DNA from: the human T2T-CHM13v2.0 reference genome, Homo sapiens
Reading direction: 5' to 3' (one strand)
DNA: 64,000 nucleotides
Assembly: GCF_009914755.1 (NCBI RefSeq)
Contig: NC_060946.1
Shown here: positions 27,531 to 46,004 of the stretch, one piece after another
Numbering within the stretch: the first letter of the stretch is position 1
How the letters are laid out: each line of letters begins with the position of its first letter
Translations under genes and position numbers: made by a program
Notes under the pieces: generated by a model
Told to the model about the DNA's origin: nothing
Databases searched by the model: none
Seen by the model: only the letters and a program-made list of their open reading frames with translations

Positions 27531-28496
27531 GTGGATGTGTGTTGATGGTGGAGTTCAATTTGGAGTGTCCAAAGTCTCAATCAATGCAATGTCAAAAAAA
27601 AAACAAAAAAACCTCCTAAGTTATAGATGGCTCAACAGTAACGTACATCTGATTGCCTTGAGCTTTGCATGGGATTAAGAAAAGAGGGTTAGAATTAAGT
27701 GATCTGGATGAAGACCAAAAAAGGGAAAGTGTCATTTAACTTGGCCTCTGAAGTAATCTAAAATATGTCTACTATGTGGGCCAAACTGTACTGAGGTTGC
27801 CTCCAAAGAGAAGTATGTTTGGAACAACTCTCAATTGTAAATAGAGCAGTGAGTCTGGTTTAAAACTCCACAGCTTTAAAAACCATCCTGACTTGTCATG
27901 TCTCTTGGGATCAGTTTCTCCCTGTTATTTGGTCAAAATTTGATCTTAGAATGGGGAAAAAGAATGAAATACTAGTACTACTAGGAACAAATATTTCTGG
28001 ATCAATGACTATATGCTGACTGTTGTGCTAAGTGATTTACATACATTATCTCATCCACCCATACAACAACCCTATGGAGGGGTGTTCTGTTTTGCTAATG
28101 AGGAAACTGATACTTAACGAGGTTAAGTAACTTGCTTAAGGTCACTAGGTAGCAAGTGGCAGAGGTAGAATTCAAATCCAGATATGCCTGACTCCAGAGA
28201 CTGTGCTCTTAACTAGACATGCTCAAAGAGTTCAAGTGTATTATTAGAATTGCTAGTTTTTTACTTTCTTCACCATTTTCTCCCCTTGATTCCTTGATGC
28301 GGTGACAAAAGTGCTGTGTGTTTTTTTCTATTTCAGCACAACCAGTTCCAGTGTTTTCTCTTTCTTTTATCAATGCTGAATATTGAAAAAGGGCATGCTG
28401 CCTGTTTCAACTTAGCGTGACTCCATGCTTATGGGTTTCCTCTTCCAGGCAAGGGTATAAAGGTATTTATTTCCTAAATCTTAAGTGTTATTTTCT

Positions 28497-28606
28497 TTCT
28501 TCTTCTTCTCCTCCTCCTCCTCCTCCTCCTCCTCCTCCTCCTCCTCCTCCTCCTCCTCCTCCTCTTCTTCTTCTCTTCTTCTTCTTCTTCTTCTTCTTCT
28601 TCTTCT

Positions 28607-28645
<39 letters not shown>

Positions 28646-28657
28646 TCTTCTTCCTCT

Positions 28658-28689
<32 letters not shown>

Positions 28690-28699
28690 TTCTTCTTCC
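28497..28699. repeat. (CCT)n(CTT)n polypyrimidine tract
   Basis: ~200 bp of pure C/T. Confidence 0.97.
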
Positions 28700-29004
<305 letters not shown>

Positions 29005-30454
29005 TAAGTCAAAGCTCTTCACTACATCAAAGGCAGTATACTGTGGTAAGTAAATACTCACGGCTTTGAAAGCGGACTCACCCAGGTTCAAGTTCTGGCT
29101 CAGCCATTCAATAGCTCTGTGACCTTCAGTAAGTTATTTAATCTCTACAAACTGTAAAATGGGGATAATAGTACCTACCTCTAGGACCGTTCATTTAATC
29201 TACTGACATTTATTGAGCACTGTGCCAGGCCCTGGAGACACAGAGTTGTAAGATTTAAAATGAAATAATAGAGGTGTTGGGCTTGGCACAGGACCTAGTA
29301 GATGACAAAGATCCAATAATAAAGAATAGCCATGAATTATACAAAAAAGGACTATTTCTTAGCTATCCATGGGCAGGATACAGGGGAGCGAAGTGTATTC
29401 TGAATCAGGGGACTCTGGAAATGATCTTGTACGATTGAGCACCTCCTTGTCCTGGCTGAGGCTATCTCTAAATTTGAAATCATAGTCAAAGCCAACAGCT
29501 AAGAAATAGTCTTTTTTTGGTACAGTTCATGACTATTCTTTATTATTGGGCCTTTACCGTCTATTAGGTCCCGTGCCAAGCCCGGTGCCTCTGTCATTTC
29601 ATTTAAACCTTACAACTCCGTGTCTCCAGGGCCTGGAACAGTGCACAATAATGGTCAATAGATTAAATGAATGGTCCTGGAGGTAGGTACTATTATTCCC
29701 GTTTTATGCTTTATGGAGATTAAATAACTTACACCCAAGATCACAGAGCTATTGAATGGCAACCACACACTTTACCTGTATTAACTCTCATACTTCTCAC
29801 AACCTTCTCCTGAAGTAGTCTTTATTACACCATTTTACAGAGGAGGAAATGGAGTCCAAGAGAGGTTAAGAAACTCGCCTGAGATGCCAGAGCTAATTAG
29901 TGGCAGCACTGGGATCAGAACCAGACCAGCTAGTCTGACTCCAAAGCCTGTGATCCTACAGTCTGTCTAGACCACCAACACGGGGTTTGTCTCTGATTTC
30001 TGTATTTGCTGTCTATGCAGCCAGCCCCGAGCAGCTCCAGGAAGAGGCACATTCAGGCAGGGGATAGTTAGAGAGGCCATGTTGTTCTGGGGAGAGTAAT
30101 TTGGAGCCCCCGTGTTCCCTGGTTCTTCTCAGGGATGTTCCACTGATCTCCACCCACTTGATCCTTTTCCTGCTGCATCTCTCTGATATCACCCAAGACC
30201 AAACCAGTTCATCTTGAAAAGCCTGGGGAGCCCAGGAGTGGAGGAGCCAGCTGGGGCAGCCTGCATGGGAGGCAGGGCTAGGGATCCTACTGCCAGAGCC
30301 CAGGGCTGTCATTTCAACACAGCCTTGGCTCCTCTGCAAAGTCTTGCCTCCTGGTTTGGCTGCTTTAAACCTGAGTGAGGCCCAGCCCACCTGCCTTGCC
30401 CCCAGCCTGCTCACTGCCTGAGGTTTGCTATAACACCCCATGCAGGAGACACCC

Positions 30455-31010
<556 letters not shown>

Positions 31011-31631
31011 TCATGTTCATGAGGTCAAAGAACTCTGTGGACTGTAGGAAGCCAAGAGAATGAATTCACACATTTCCGGGATGATGTAAATTTATCGGCT
31101 TAAAACAGTTTTTTCTATTACTCCCATAAATAAACATAACAGCCATTGAACGTGCTGTTGCTTACTAGTATTATAGAAACATTAGAGATAAGGCTCAGTT
31201 TGATTTAAGCAGAAAAGTGAACCTGGTCTCCATGCTTCTTAAAGTCTTTTGCACCTTCTTGCCACAACCCTGAAGTTGAATCATGATTAAATTCTTCCTT
31301 GAGATCCTGCCAGTAAACCAGACACCTGCTCAGATGCAAGTGTTGTTTCTACCTTCTCTAGGAACCTTCTGCCTCAGTTAGCAGCCCTGCCCCTGTGCCC
31401 CGCCCCGCATCACTCCCCATTTCCAGCCTTTCCTTTCCTCCTGGTTCTTTCCTCTTTGTTTCCCAACAGACTGAGCATCACGGTCCCGATGCTCAGGCAA
31501 TGCTATCCAGATTCTCTCCTTCCTTCCGCTCGTGGCCGATCTCAGATGCTGCCAATTTCTCACCTTTGGTTCCTTCCCCCCTCACCCTCATGCTCTCTGG
31601 CTTTCATCCTCTGTATTAGAACTGCCAAATA

Positions 31632-31926
<295 letters not shown>

Positions 31927-32007
31927 GAACTGCCAGATAAAGATCACTCTCATGGTTCAGAGTTTCATCAGCCTGATTCCCTGGAAATGGGGTCACCTCA
32001 TGACTTC

Positions 32008-32400
<393 letters not shown>

Positions 32401-32493
32401 GCTAATGAAGAAGTCAGGACTGCTTTGAAGGGCTTGGTAAATGCGAGTAAACCTTCGTAAAACCTTTTCTTTCTGGGAAACCATACTACTTTA

Positions 32494-32820
<327 letters not shown>

Positions 32821-32944
32821 TTATATTCCCTTTGTTGGAAAAACAATATACTTACAAAGAAAATTTTAATGAAAAAAGAACCCTCTCATAATCCCATATC
32901 CTAATACAACTCTTCATTTTCAGTTTTGTGATTCACTTCCTTGT

Positions 32945-33013
32945 CCAGATGCAAAGCTATTTTCCTCTTCCGGATGCAAAGCTATTTTCCTCTTCCAGAT
33001 GCAAAGCTATTTT
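32945..33013. repeat. 25-bp tandem repeat, 2.8 copies
   Basis: cc(a/g)gatgcaaagctattttcctctt. Confidence 0.92.
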
Positions 33014-33097
33014 ATACAATTAACAGCTGTTGTGTTTGTGCAGTTTTGTATTCTGTTTTTTCCATTTAACATAATTTTCTTGAAAACATTTTCCATG

Positions 33098-33772
<675 letters not shown>

Positions 33773-34354
33773 TGATTTACTCCCCCTCTGCTGGTTTCTC
33801 AGATCTTTTCTGACTCTGCTTACGTCTGTTTCATTGCTTCCTTTTCTTCCATACATTTAGTCTATGCCGTCTAATCTTTCTGTAAATTCTCCCCCCAGGT
33901 AGTCTGATGGATGACTTCAACTACCAGCTTTATAGGGCTGAGGAAAATGGGCTTTGCAGACGGTTCTGCCGAATGGCACTTAGTGGTCAATGATCTGCGT
34001 CTGTGGCCTGCACATGGCCTTTCACCGTGTGTCACATGCATTTGACAGTCAGACAGGCCATGGGGAAGATCTTGTTAACTTCTCTGTTCTAGTAATGGGA
34101 TCAGATGGTCAGAGTCTGAAGGTACCTTAGGCATGATCCAGTTCAACTTCCTTATTTGCAGATAAGGAAACTGAGGCTCAAGGAGGTTAACAGACTTGAT
34201 CACAGTCATAGAGCCTGTGAATAAGGACTGGAAACTTGGTTCCTTAACTCCCAAAGCTTTATGCTCTTTCCTCACTAGCATGCTCTATGAATTTGATAAA
34301 GAAGAACTGAAGTTTATATTGCTGTACCATTAGAATGTACACTTCTATTACAGA

Positions 34355-34545
34355 ATTATATATATATTCTTTGTATGTTTATATAAAATAAATAAAAATA
34401 AAATATAGGAAATAAATATAATATATAAAACATAATATATTTTATAAAATGTTTTATATAAATATAAAAATATATTTATTACGTATGTAATATTTTATGT
34501 ATTTAATTTGTATATGTATATAAAATATATAATATAAAATATGTG
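34355..34545. repeat. AT-rich low-complexity tract
   Basis: Almost entirely A/T. Confidence 0.85.
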
Positions 34546-34556
34546 AGAGAGATATA

Positions 34557-34828
34557 TTTTTTTGAGAGACAAGGTCTCATTCTATTGCTCAGGTTGGAGT
34601 GCAGTGGCACGATCATAGCTCACTGTAATCTCAAACTCCTGGGCTCAAGCAATTCTTCCCTCTCAGCTTCCTGAGTAGTTGGGATTACAGCGGTGCACAC
34701 CACGCCTAGCTAATTTTTAAAAAAGCTTTTGTAGAGATGAGGTCTCACTTTGTTGCCCAGGCTGGGCTCAAACTCCTGGCCTCAAGCAATCCTCCCACTC
34801 CCAAATTGCTGGGATTACAGGTGAGAGC
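34557..34828 (-). mobile_element. AluJ
   Basis: Diverged Alu. Confidence 0.85.
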
Positions 34829-35024
34829 CTGTAAGATGGCACCTGACCATATTACAAAATTATATTTATAATTATTTTGTTCCCTATTTTATTTTTATGT
34901 TACTATAATGGAAAAAAGAAAAGCTTGACAGTACCATTTTTAGTAAAGTACATACTTTAAAGTTATCTGGCCCATTACAGGAGAGGTGCTTAACTGACTC
35001 ATGTTCACACAATGGTTAACGTCC

Positions 35025-35165
<141 letters not shown>

Positions 35166-35254
35166 TCACTTGTTTTCTTAATGGTCACTTTGTCTCTGAT
35201 CAGTTGACTCACTTATTACTAAGGTGCCCCAACAGTCAAATTGATTGATCTTAC

Positions 35255-35322
35255 CTGTTCAGAGACAAGGAGCAGACCAGTCTTTGTCCCAAAATAACCA
35301 GGCCAACACTGGTACTAGCAAC
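35255..35322 (-). CDS. BPIFC: BPIFC coding exon 11
   Basis: atAG|GTT; VASTSVGLVILGQRLVCSLSLN; AG|GTAAGA; 68 nt. Confidence 0.95.
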
Positions 35323-35858
35323 CTATAGACAATAAAAGCATTTATTATTAAGACGAGTGAGTGTCAATTTTGGCCATCAGTATAATTTCCAATAGTTGAA
35401 ACATTATAAGCCCAACATTCCCCCTTAGTGTAAAGACATTGGAAGTCTAAAAGACATTGGAAATACAGACCTCTGAAAATCCTGTCTTGTAGTTAGGGAA
35501 GCTACCTGCAAAGACTTTTTGTTTGATGATCTCCTTTGAATTTTTTTTTTCTCCTAATCGCTCTTCTTTATGTATGTGTGTGTATGTGCCTATGTGCGTA
35601 TGACATTTTTGTTAGGTTTATTATGTCCTTCTATCAGATTGCATTTGGCCTTCATTTGCTCAAGTAAAAATGAATTCTACCTTGATTGACTTATTTAGAT
35701 TAAAAAAAAAGAGAGAATTCCAGCTCTCCATGTAACTGAGGTAGGTGGTGGGAAGAGCGTGCATGAAGTAGAGACTGGAGAGATTTTACAATGTATGAGA
35801 GTGTGAGTGCTTACCTCCCATCCTGCCACACATACCCTTCCCTCAACTCTGACCTCAC

Positions 35859-36153
35859 TGAGACAGGGTCTTACCCTGTTGCCCAGACTGGAGTGCAGTG
35901 GTGCAATCATAGCTCACTGTAGCCTCAAACTCCTGGGTTCAGAGCAACACTTCCACCTCAGCCTCCTGAGTAGCTAGGATGACAGGTGCACAACACCACC
36001 ACACCTGGCTAATTCAAACAATTTTTTTTTTTTTGGAGAGATGAGGTCTTGCTATGTTACCCAGGCTGGTCTCTAACTCCTGGCCTCAAGCAATCTTCCT
36101 GCTTCAGCCTCCCAAGACACTGGAATTATAGGCATGAGCCATCACGTCCAGCC
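35859..36153 (-). mobile_element. AluJ without poly(A)
   Basis: Alu dimer flanked by cctcact. Confidence 0.85.
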
Positions 36154-36280
36154 TCCATCCTCACTCTTAATCAATGTAGCATCCCCACCCTCTTCAAACG
36201 TTTAAAAGCTGCTGGCCAACAGTCCACAGCAGGAGCAGGATTGGCATCTACAGGCTGCTCCACCGTCTCCCCAGACTTAC

Positions 36281-36451
36281 GAAGTCCATGGAAACGATGG
36301 TTTCAACTGTGGAGTTCTTGGGTTGGGTGAGCATCATGATGGAGGCAGGGATGTCCAGGGTGAAATTGCCTGGTTGTAGATTGATTATGGGAGGCTCTGT
36401 GGCCATGATCCTCACCATGAAGGGCTGGGACAAGATGTAGATCTCTGCAAT
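36281..36451 (-). CDS. BPIFC: BPIFC coding exon 10
   Basis: gcAG|ATT; [21 protein letters not shown]...TIVSMDF; TTC|GTAAGT; 171 nt. Confidence 0.95.
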
Positions 36452-36788
36452 CTGCCCACATTCCGAGAAAGAAATAAAGATTGTGAGGCGTGAGTTGGTG
36501 AAGGGAGATCACAAGGTTAGGATGGCCTGTGGTGACTAAATCTTACATTGTGCAGTTAGAATAGAAAAAAAGCTCTTTAATAATCATAATTACACACAAA
36601 AATCAAACGATGATAACAGTTGGCAGTTACTGAACATAATACTTGATACTACCCACTGTGCCAGGGGCTTTATATATTATCACATTTAATCTTCAGAAAA
36701 TCCCTGTGAGGCAGATTCTATCAGCATCCCTGTTTCATAGTGGAGAACGTGAGTCTTACAGAGGTTAAATGATGTTCTCAAGGTTCTA

Positions 36789-37178
<390 letters not shown>

Positions 37179-37626
37179 CTACATGAACATCTCTTTGTCC
37201 TCAAGGGCAATCCCTAGCCCGTAGGTTCATTATGTTCAATACTTAGTGTGCTACGAAGGCACAATATTAACAGTTGCTTTTTACTACAGTTACAAGTGTG
37301 GGCACTAATCCTTCATTTAAGAATTGAATCCTTCATTTCCACTAATAAATCCTTTATTTAAACTAATTATTTCAAGTATGATGGAATATTGTGGAAGGCA
37401 CGGTGATTTATTTTGTGAACTTACAATTATACTCTCACTTGTATGTTAATTGCACTTTAAACTGTACTGTTCAGTAAATATTTGTAGATATTCGATTACG
37501 AGAAAAAACTCCCAATAATAGACAGAGGGACTTATCCAAAAAGGAATACGTAGAACCCACAAGTCTTCCAGAAGTAATTGCAATGGAGCCAAATACACTA
37601 TCAAGACTCAAACCCTGAGCACTTAC

Positions 37627-37680
37627 CCGGGAGAGCACGTTGCCAAGGCCTTGAGAGTTTTGAACAAAATGGTTGGAAAT
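37627..37680 (-). CDS. BPIFC: BPIFC coding exon 9
   Basis: ccAG|ATT; ISNHFVQNSQGLGNVLSR; CGG|GTAAGT; 54 nt. Confidence 0.94.
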
Positions 37681-38009
37681 CTGGAAAATAAAGCCCATTA
37701 TGTCACTGTTAGGATTTTACGTGGATTGTCTTTTCAGGGAAAATGTAGTGTTCCCTATAATTTGACGAATTGTGAAGCTGTTACACCATAAAATATTCAG
37801 TGTTTAAAGGTGACCTATCATTTTATAGCCCAATCATAGGGAATCCGAGGCTCAGAGAAGTAAAGTGACTTGCCCAAGGTCACACAGGATGTTATATTTC
37901 TTTTAACTCTGGGAACAATACAGTCTATTGTTAATAACTGTAGAATGTTTACACATGAATTGTACGTATGTAGTACAACAAAGTTTTAGTTATATATATA
38001 TATATATAT

Positions 38010-38505
38010 ATATGTACATATTCTTTATTTTTATATATTACAACCTATCTATGTGTACATATTCTTTATATATATATTACAATCTATCTATGTGTACATA
38101 TTCTTTATTTATGTATATTACAATCTAATGTGTACATATTCTTTATTTATATATATTACAATCTATGTGTACATATTCTTCATTTATATATTACACTCTA
38201 TATGTACATAGTCTTTATATATATATTACACTCTGTGTACATATTCTTCATTTATATATATTACAATCTATGTGTACATATTCTTTATTTATATATATTA
38301 CAATCTATGTGTACATATTCTTTATATATATTACAATCTATGTATACATATTATTTATATATATTACATCTATGTGTACATATTCTTCATTTATATATAT
38401 TACAATCTATATGTACATAGTCTTTATTTATATATATATTACAATCTATGTGTACATATTCTTCACTTATATATATTACAATCTATCTATGTATACATAT
38501 TCTAC
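38010..38505. repeat. AT-rich minisatellite, ~35-bp unit, ~14 copies
   Basis: atctatgtgtacatattctttatttatatatattaca repeated with small indels. Confidence 0.93.
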
Positions 38506-39213
38506 AGTCATTAACGATAAGCCTTGTGTTACTGTCCTCACTTTTAGGGATTACTGAGATACTGGATGCTTAAGGAATTTACCTTCAGAGATAAATGATT
38601 TTGAAGTCTGCAGCTAGAAGTGTCTAATTCTCAGTATCGTAAGATAGCCACTGCTGCCATACTTACCATTCTGAACATAAGCTTTATACCTACTTATATA
38701 ATTAAAACATATAGAATGAGGAGATTCAAAAAGAGATGCTCAATAAAAGTTTTTGGTTGACTGGCTAGAGACAGTGCTGTCATTATAAAAGGGAGGTGCA
38801 TGACAGAGGATCAATGAATATCTGTATTATTACTGATCATTGTAGATAAACCAGCTGTAATTACAACCAGGATAACTTTACGTCAGCATAATACAGGGAA
38901 TAATGATGATGACAATGATGATAAGCAACAGTTATATCGCACTTATTCTGTGTTGGGGATTGGTCTGAATGCTTGACATGTATTTAAATCTTTTAATGCC
39001 CATATAAACTCTATGAGTAAGGAACTATTATTATCTGCCTTTTCCAGATGAAGAAATTCTGGCCCACAGAAGTTATATAAATTGAAATTACCTCTAAGGT
39101 CACAGGCAATACATGATGGAAAGGGATCTTGCTATTATTGGAGATTAATCTAGAACAGTGGTGAGTGGTGAGGTATTAGCAGAACTGGAAACTTGACAAC
39201 TCCCCAACTAATA

Positions 39214-39450
39214 CAGGTTGAACATTCCTAATCTGAATATCCAAAATTCAAAGTGCCCCAAAATCCAACTATTAAATGCTGACATGATACACAACGGAAA
39301 TGCTTATTGGAGCATTTTAGATTTTGGATTTTCAGATTAGGGCTGCTCAACCGGTAAGTATATATAATGCAAATATCCCAAAATCTGACAAAATCCGAAA
39401 TCCAGAACACTTCTGGTCCCAAGCATTTTGGATAAGGGATGCTCAACCCG
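39214..39450. mobile_element. Tigger4a/b (MER46/Zombi)
   Basis: TA|caggttgaacattcc...gggatgctcaacccg|TA; TIRs plus TA TSD. Confidence 0.85.
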
Positions 39451-39616
39451 TAACAATGTTCACTCTACAATTCCCTCATTCCTTCACTGTCTTGCTGGGA
39501 GTGATAGCCTAAAAAGGTCCCAGAATCGAAATTGTGGCATAAAAGTTCTACAATAGGATACTTATAAAAAGGCTGAATGATGGTGACCATTGACATCCTC
39601 AGTTAACTCTCCTCAC

Positions 39617-39793
39617 CTCTTCGGTGGAGAGAGTGACATTGAAAACCCCAGCTGTGAAATGAGCAAAGGACGCAGATTTAAAGAAATACTCGGCGATTCC
39701 AATGTAGAGCATGGAGTTGCTGCGTTCTGGGAGCACAAAAGGAACTGGTGAGAAGGGGGGGTCGGTGAGGTTTTCCAGTGGGTAGAATACACC
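39617..39793 (-). CDS. BPIFC: BPIFC coding exon 8
   Basis: cacAG|GGT; GVFYPLENLTDPPF...SMLYIGIAEYFF...TLSTEE; GAG|GTGAGG; 177 nt. Confidence 0.95.
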
Positions 39794-39878
39794 CTGTGGG
39801 AAAAGAGAGAGAAAGACCAGTGTATCAGGTGAAAACTCAAATTCTAAGAAGACTAAGAAGATGGACCCTCTGAAGTCA

Positions 39879-40436
<558 letters not shown>

Positions 40437-41273
40437 TTAAGGCTTTCTGACTCCTTGACCAGTGACTATTTTTCAAAGCTCTTAGGATTCTTGAGCATAT
40501 TTAGGTGTGTCTGTTTCACCCCAGGGTGTAACCCAATGAGAACCCTTGTTTGAACTTTTCTAAGACAAAGAAGGAGGTGTATTTAGCTGGAAGGACAACT
40601 CTGAGTAAAAGCACTTCCTGAGGTGCCATGTAGTGGTGTCAAACACTTGACCTTCAAAATCTGTGTCTGCTGAGTACCTGGGGAATCATAGAAAGAAGAC
40701 CCAAGACTCCAAATGGTTTAAGGCATTTTTGTAGCATTTCTAGCACTGCTCTCATTAGCTATAGGGCGTTATTACAAAATATTGTCTTGTCCAACATTGA
40801 ACTGAGTTGAAAGACTCTGGTGAGTGAAATATGAGCCAATATGCATTTTAAAAGACAATGATATTAGCTTTGGGGCAAAATGAAACATAACCACAATGAT
40901 TGTTTTTCCATGATCAGTGAACACTAATGCCACGTGCTTATGGCCCTGACAGAGGTCAGCAGCCCTCAGTTAAATCCACTAACCTGAACACTTAGGAATG
41001 GAAGTGCCAACGTGTACCAGCTACTGATGTGTTTAGTTCCAATAAATGCAGACTGCTCTACTTGCTGCCTCCTAGCCTCAAACCTACTCCTAGGGGCAAA
41101 GACATATGATCCTTCTCCTGAAGAGGGCAGACATATGTTGTACAATACAATCATTTGCTTATCAATAAAACGTTCAAGAGTCTTTTGAAAAGGTGTAAAC
41201 ATGAGGCAGTTGCTTGAAAGAAAATTAAATTATTCCAAGAGCATGTATATAGATTTCCTTCTGTACAGAATCA

Positions 41274-41601
<328 letters not shown>

Positions 41602-41669
41602 ATAATCATTGTTTTCTAAATATTGGCTGTTGACAGCCAGGCTGAGGATTCTGATGATGATAAAGTTAC

Positions 41670-41761
41670 CTTCAAGTTCAGGTCAAGGTAGTTCTCAGTA
41701 ATTTCTGGAGAACTGATTAGGGAGTAATCCAGCAGAGTGTAGTTGTCAATCTTGGTTAAAA
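41670..41761 (-). CDS. BPIFC: BPIFC coding exon 7
   Basis: ttAG|TT; VLTKIDNYTLLDYSLISSPEITENYLDLNLK; AAG|GTAACT; 92 nt. Confidence 0.95.
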
Positions 41762-42005
41762 CTAAATAACCAACAAAGAAAAAAGAAAATCCATATTCAT
41801 TAAAGGCATAGTATAATATATGAATGATGTCTATCTAGAACAATATAATTTTAAATTCTCTGTTTAAAAGATCAATTCCTGCTTTTCAGAAGTAATACAT
41901 GTTATCTTTTGAAAACCCAGGAAAAGTAGATAAATCAAAAGAAGAAAGTGAACATTTTTTCCAAGTGTATTACTCTGAGAGAAGCATCACTAAAATTTTG
42001 GTGTG

Positions 42006-42242
42006 CAGTGGTCCCCCTTATCTGCAGGGCATATGTTCCAAGACCCCAGTGGATGCCTGAAAGTGTGGACAGTACCAACCCCTACATACACTGTAATAAA
42101 AGGAATGTGAATGTGAATGTGAATGTGGTCTCTCTCTCTCTCTCTCAAATTCACATTGAGATATTAAATATTTTTAAACCACGGTTGACCACGGATAACT
42201 GAAACTGCAGAAGGCAAAACTGCAGATAAGGGAGGACTACTG
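42006..42242. mobile_element. MER8 (TcMar-Tigger)
   Basis: TIRs cagtggtcccccttatctgc...gcagataagggaggactactg. Confidence 0.8.
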
Positions 42243-42292
42243 TATATCTTTTTAGGTATACACACATACAAACACACAAAATGCATGTATAG

Positions 42293-42617
<325 letters not shown>

Positions 42618-42781
42618 TAAAAAGGAAATTAGTACAAACACAAAACTCATATCAATATTTAGAGATATGTATTGGCTTGGTATAATGAAAGACTCTTCAG
42701 TTTGATGTTATAAATTGCAGTTAGAACTTTTTTTTTTTTAACAAGGAGTATGCTTTACTGTTGTCATTAGAAATATTTTTA

Positions 42782-43396
<615 letters not shown>

Positions 43397-43482
43397 TTAC
43401 CTGAGCATCATGTCTTCTCTCTTCTTGCATGTCATAGATGGAGATGAAAAGCAAGAAGAGATGAAGTATCTTGCTAAGATAA

Positions 43483-43908
<426 letters not shown>

Positions 43909-44052
43909 TAAAGGAACTTGCTCAAGGAAAGCTAGAACATGGTGATCCTTGGCTACTTCTTTCCTCACTACATCTTGTTTTCCTTCCCTACATCTCCAAT
44001 CCATTCATTTTCTTTCATCCATCTGCATCCATTTATCAGTCTAATATATATA

Positions 44053-44347
44053 TTTTTTGAGACAAGATCTCACTTTGTCACCTAGACTGGATCTTGGCTC
44101 ACTGCATGATCTTGGCTCACTGCAGCCTCAACCTCCTGGGCTCAAGTAATCCTCCTACCTCAGCCTCCCTGTAGCTGGGACTAAAGGCGCACGCCACCAT
44201 GCCTGGCTAATTAAAAAAAATTTTTTTTTATATAGAAACAAGGTCTCACTATGTTGCCTAGGCAGGTCTTGAACTCCTGACCTCAAGCAATCCTCCCACC
44301 TTGGCCTCCCAAAGTGCTAGGATTACAGGAGTGAGCCACTGCGCCTG
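44053..44347 (-). mobile_element. AluJ with internal ~18-bp duplication
   Basis: gatcttggctcactgca present twice. Confidence 0.85.
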
Positions 44348-44349
44348 AT

Positions 44350-45560
44350 ATTTCTTAATCTAATGGGCTAGGTGCTGTGCCTGACGCTGGGGGCACAGCG
44401 GTGAGTCAAAGTTCCTGCACCCAAGGAACTCATAGTCTTGGGGAGTAGACAGATATATCAACAGGAAATTATAATACAACACAGCAAAGGCTGATCTAAA
44501 CTGGGCTCCTGATGATCCTGCTACAAACTTGTTCTTAGGTTCTTTCCCATCTCAATAAATGCTAAATCCCTTCTTCCAATTTTCCAATTGCTTAGGGTTT
44601 TACCCACCAAAGTCACCCTTCACTCTTCTCGTGACCTACATTTGATCTGTTGCACAAAAACCACTGTCTTGACCTTCAAGGTACATCCAGAATCCCAACA
44701 TGCCTTACCATCTTCATCACCCCACCCTAGGCCGGCCACCATCATTAATTGTATGGGTCACTGCACTCATCTCTTAAGTAGTCTCTTTGCTTTTGCCCTT
44801 GACCCCCTTCCTTCCTGTCTATTTTTTTTAGCACAGAAGCCAGACCGATCTCCTTAAACTGTAAGTTAAGTCATGCCGGCCTTACTCTTCAAAGGCATCC
44901 CATCTTAGATTAAGAGGTGGACTTTGCAGTCCCTACACATCCCTGAAGATCAAACCATCCCCTCTTCCCCATCTCTGGCCTCATTGCCTGCTCTCCCCCA
45001 ACCCCCTGCTCCTAGTGTGTCCTTCTCACAGCCTCCCCAGCACACTTGAGATATTCAGCCTCAGGGTTTTTGTGCCTGCAGTTTCCTCGATCTGGAATCT
45101 TCATCTAGATTGAGCAGCAGCTCACTTTCTACTCCCTTTGGGTTTTTCTAGTAATGCCACCTGCTCAGTGGTGGCTTTCCTGGTCACTCTATCTAGAATG
45201 GAAATTCCTCTCCACCTCCTCCACTGCTTTATTTTTCTTCTTACCACTTATCACTGCCATAACTTAGATTTTACTTGTTTATCTTGCTTGCTGTCTGTCT
45301 CCTCCCACTACTCCCATGACGGCAGGTATGTCTGTTGCCTGGGAATACTGCTGCATCCCCAGCACCAAGAACAGTGCTCAGGCTATTTCAGGTGCTCAGC
45401 GCGCCATTGGTGAATGAATGGATGGAGTGCAAAGTGAGAGAGAGATGTCCAAAGTGTCATGTGAGCACAGAGGAGGCATAACTTTACGGAGTGGGGGCTG
45501 TCAGGTAAGGTTTCCTGGAAGAGGCTATGTCTGAGCTGGGTCTTAAATATAAAGAGGAGG
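44350..45560. mobile_element. L2 relics
   Basis: cttcccatctcaataaatg, ccagaatccc, cagaagccaga, gaatgaatggatgg. Confidence 0.6.
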
Positions 45561-45678
45561 GAACACAACATATAAAGAGAGATAGAGAACGGAAAGGATT
45601 AAATCCTCCAGGGTTTAGCACAGTGCTGGCTAAACTCTGCAGGTTTAGAAATGGGCACTCAATATGTATCTGTTAAAG

Positions 45679-46004
45679 CAGCGGTCCTCAACCTTTTTAG
45701 CACCAGGGACCAGTTTAATGGAAGATGATTTTTCCATGGCCTGGGGTTGGGGGGGATGGTTTCGGGATGAAACTGTTTCACCTCAGATCATCAGGCATTA
45801 GATTCCCATAAGGCACATGCAACCTAGATCCCTCGCATGCACGGTTCACAATAGGGTTCGCACTCCTATGAGAATCTAATGCTGCCACTGATCTGACAGG
45901 AGGCAGAGCTCAGGCAGTAATGCTCAGTCGCCTGCCCACTGTTCACCTCCGGCTGTGCAGTCCAGTTTCTAACCTGTCTGTGGCCCAGGGACTGGGGACT
46001 CCTG
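45679..46004. mobile_element. MER1B (hAT-Charlie)
   Basis: Same internal sequence as the 18.9 kb copy; 8-bp TSD tgttaaag/ggttaaag. Confidence 0.88.

Noticed and set aside
35853-36165. Tailless Alu as a non-canonical insertion
   Set aside because: The body is full length and the TSD is degenerate; simple tail shrinkage in an old AluJ explains it.
38010-38505. CRISPR-like periodic array with overlapping Tyr/Ile-rich ORFs
   Set aside because: Units are contiguous with no unique spacers and the context is eukaryotic; it is a minisatellite.
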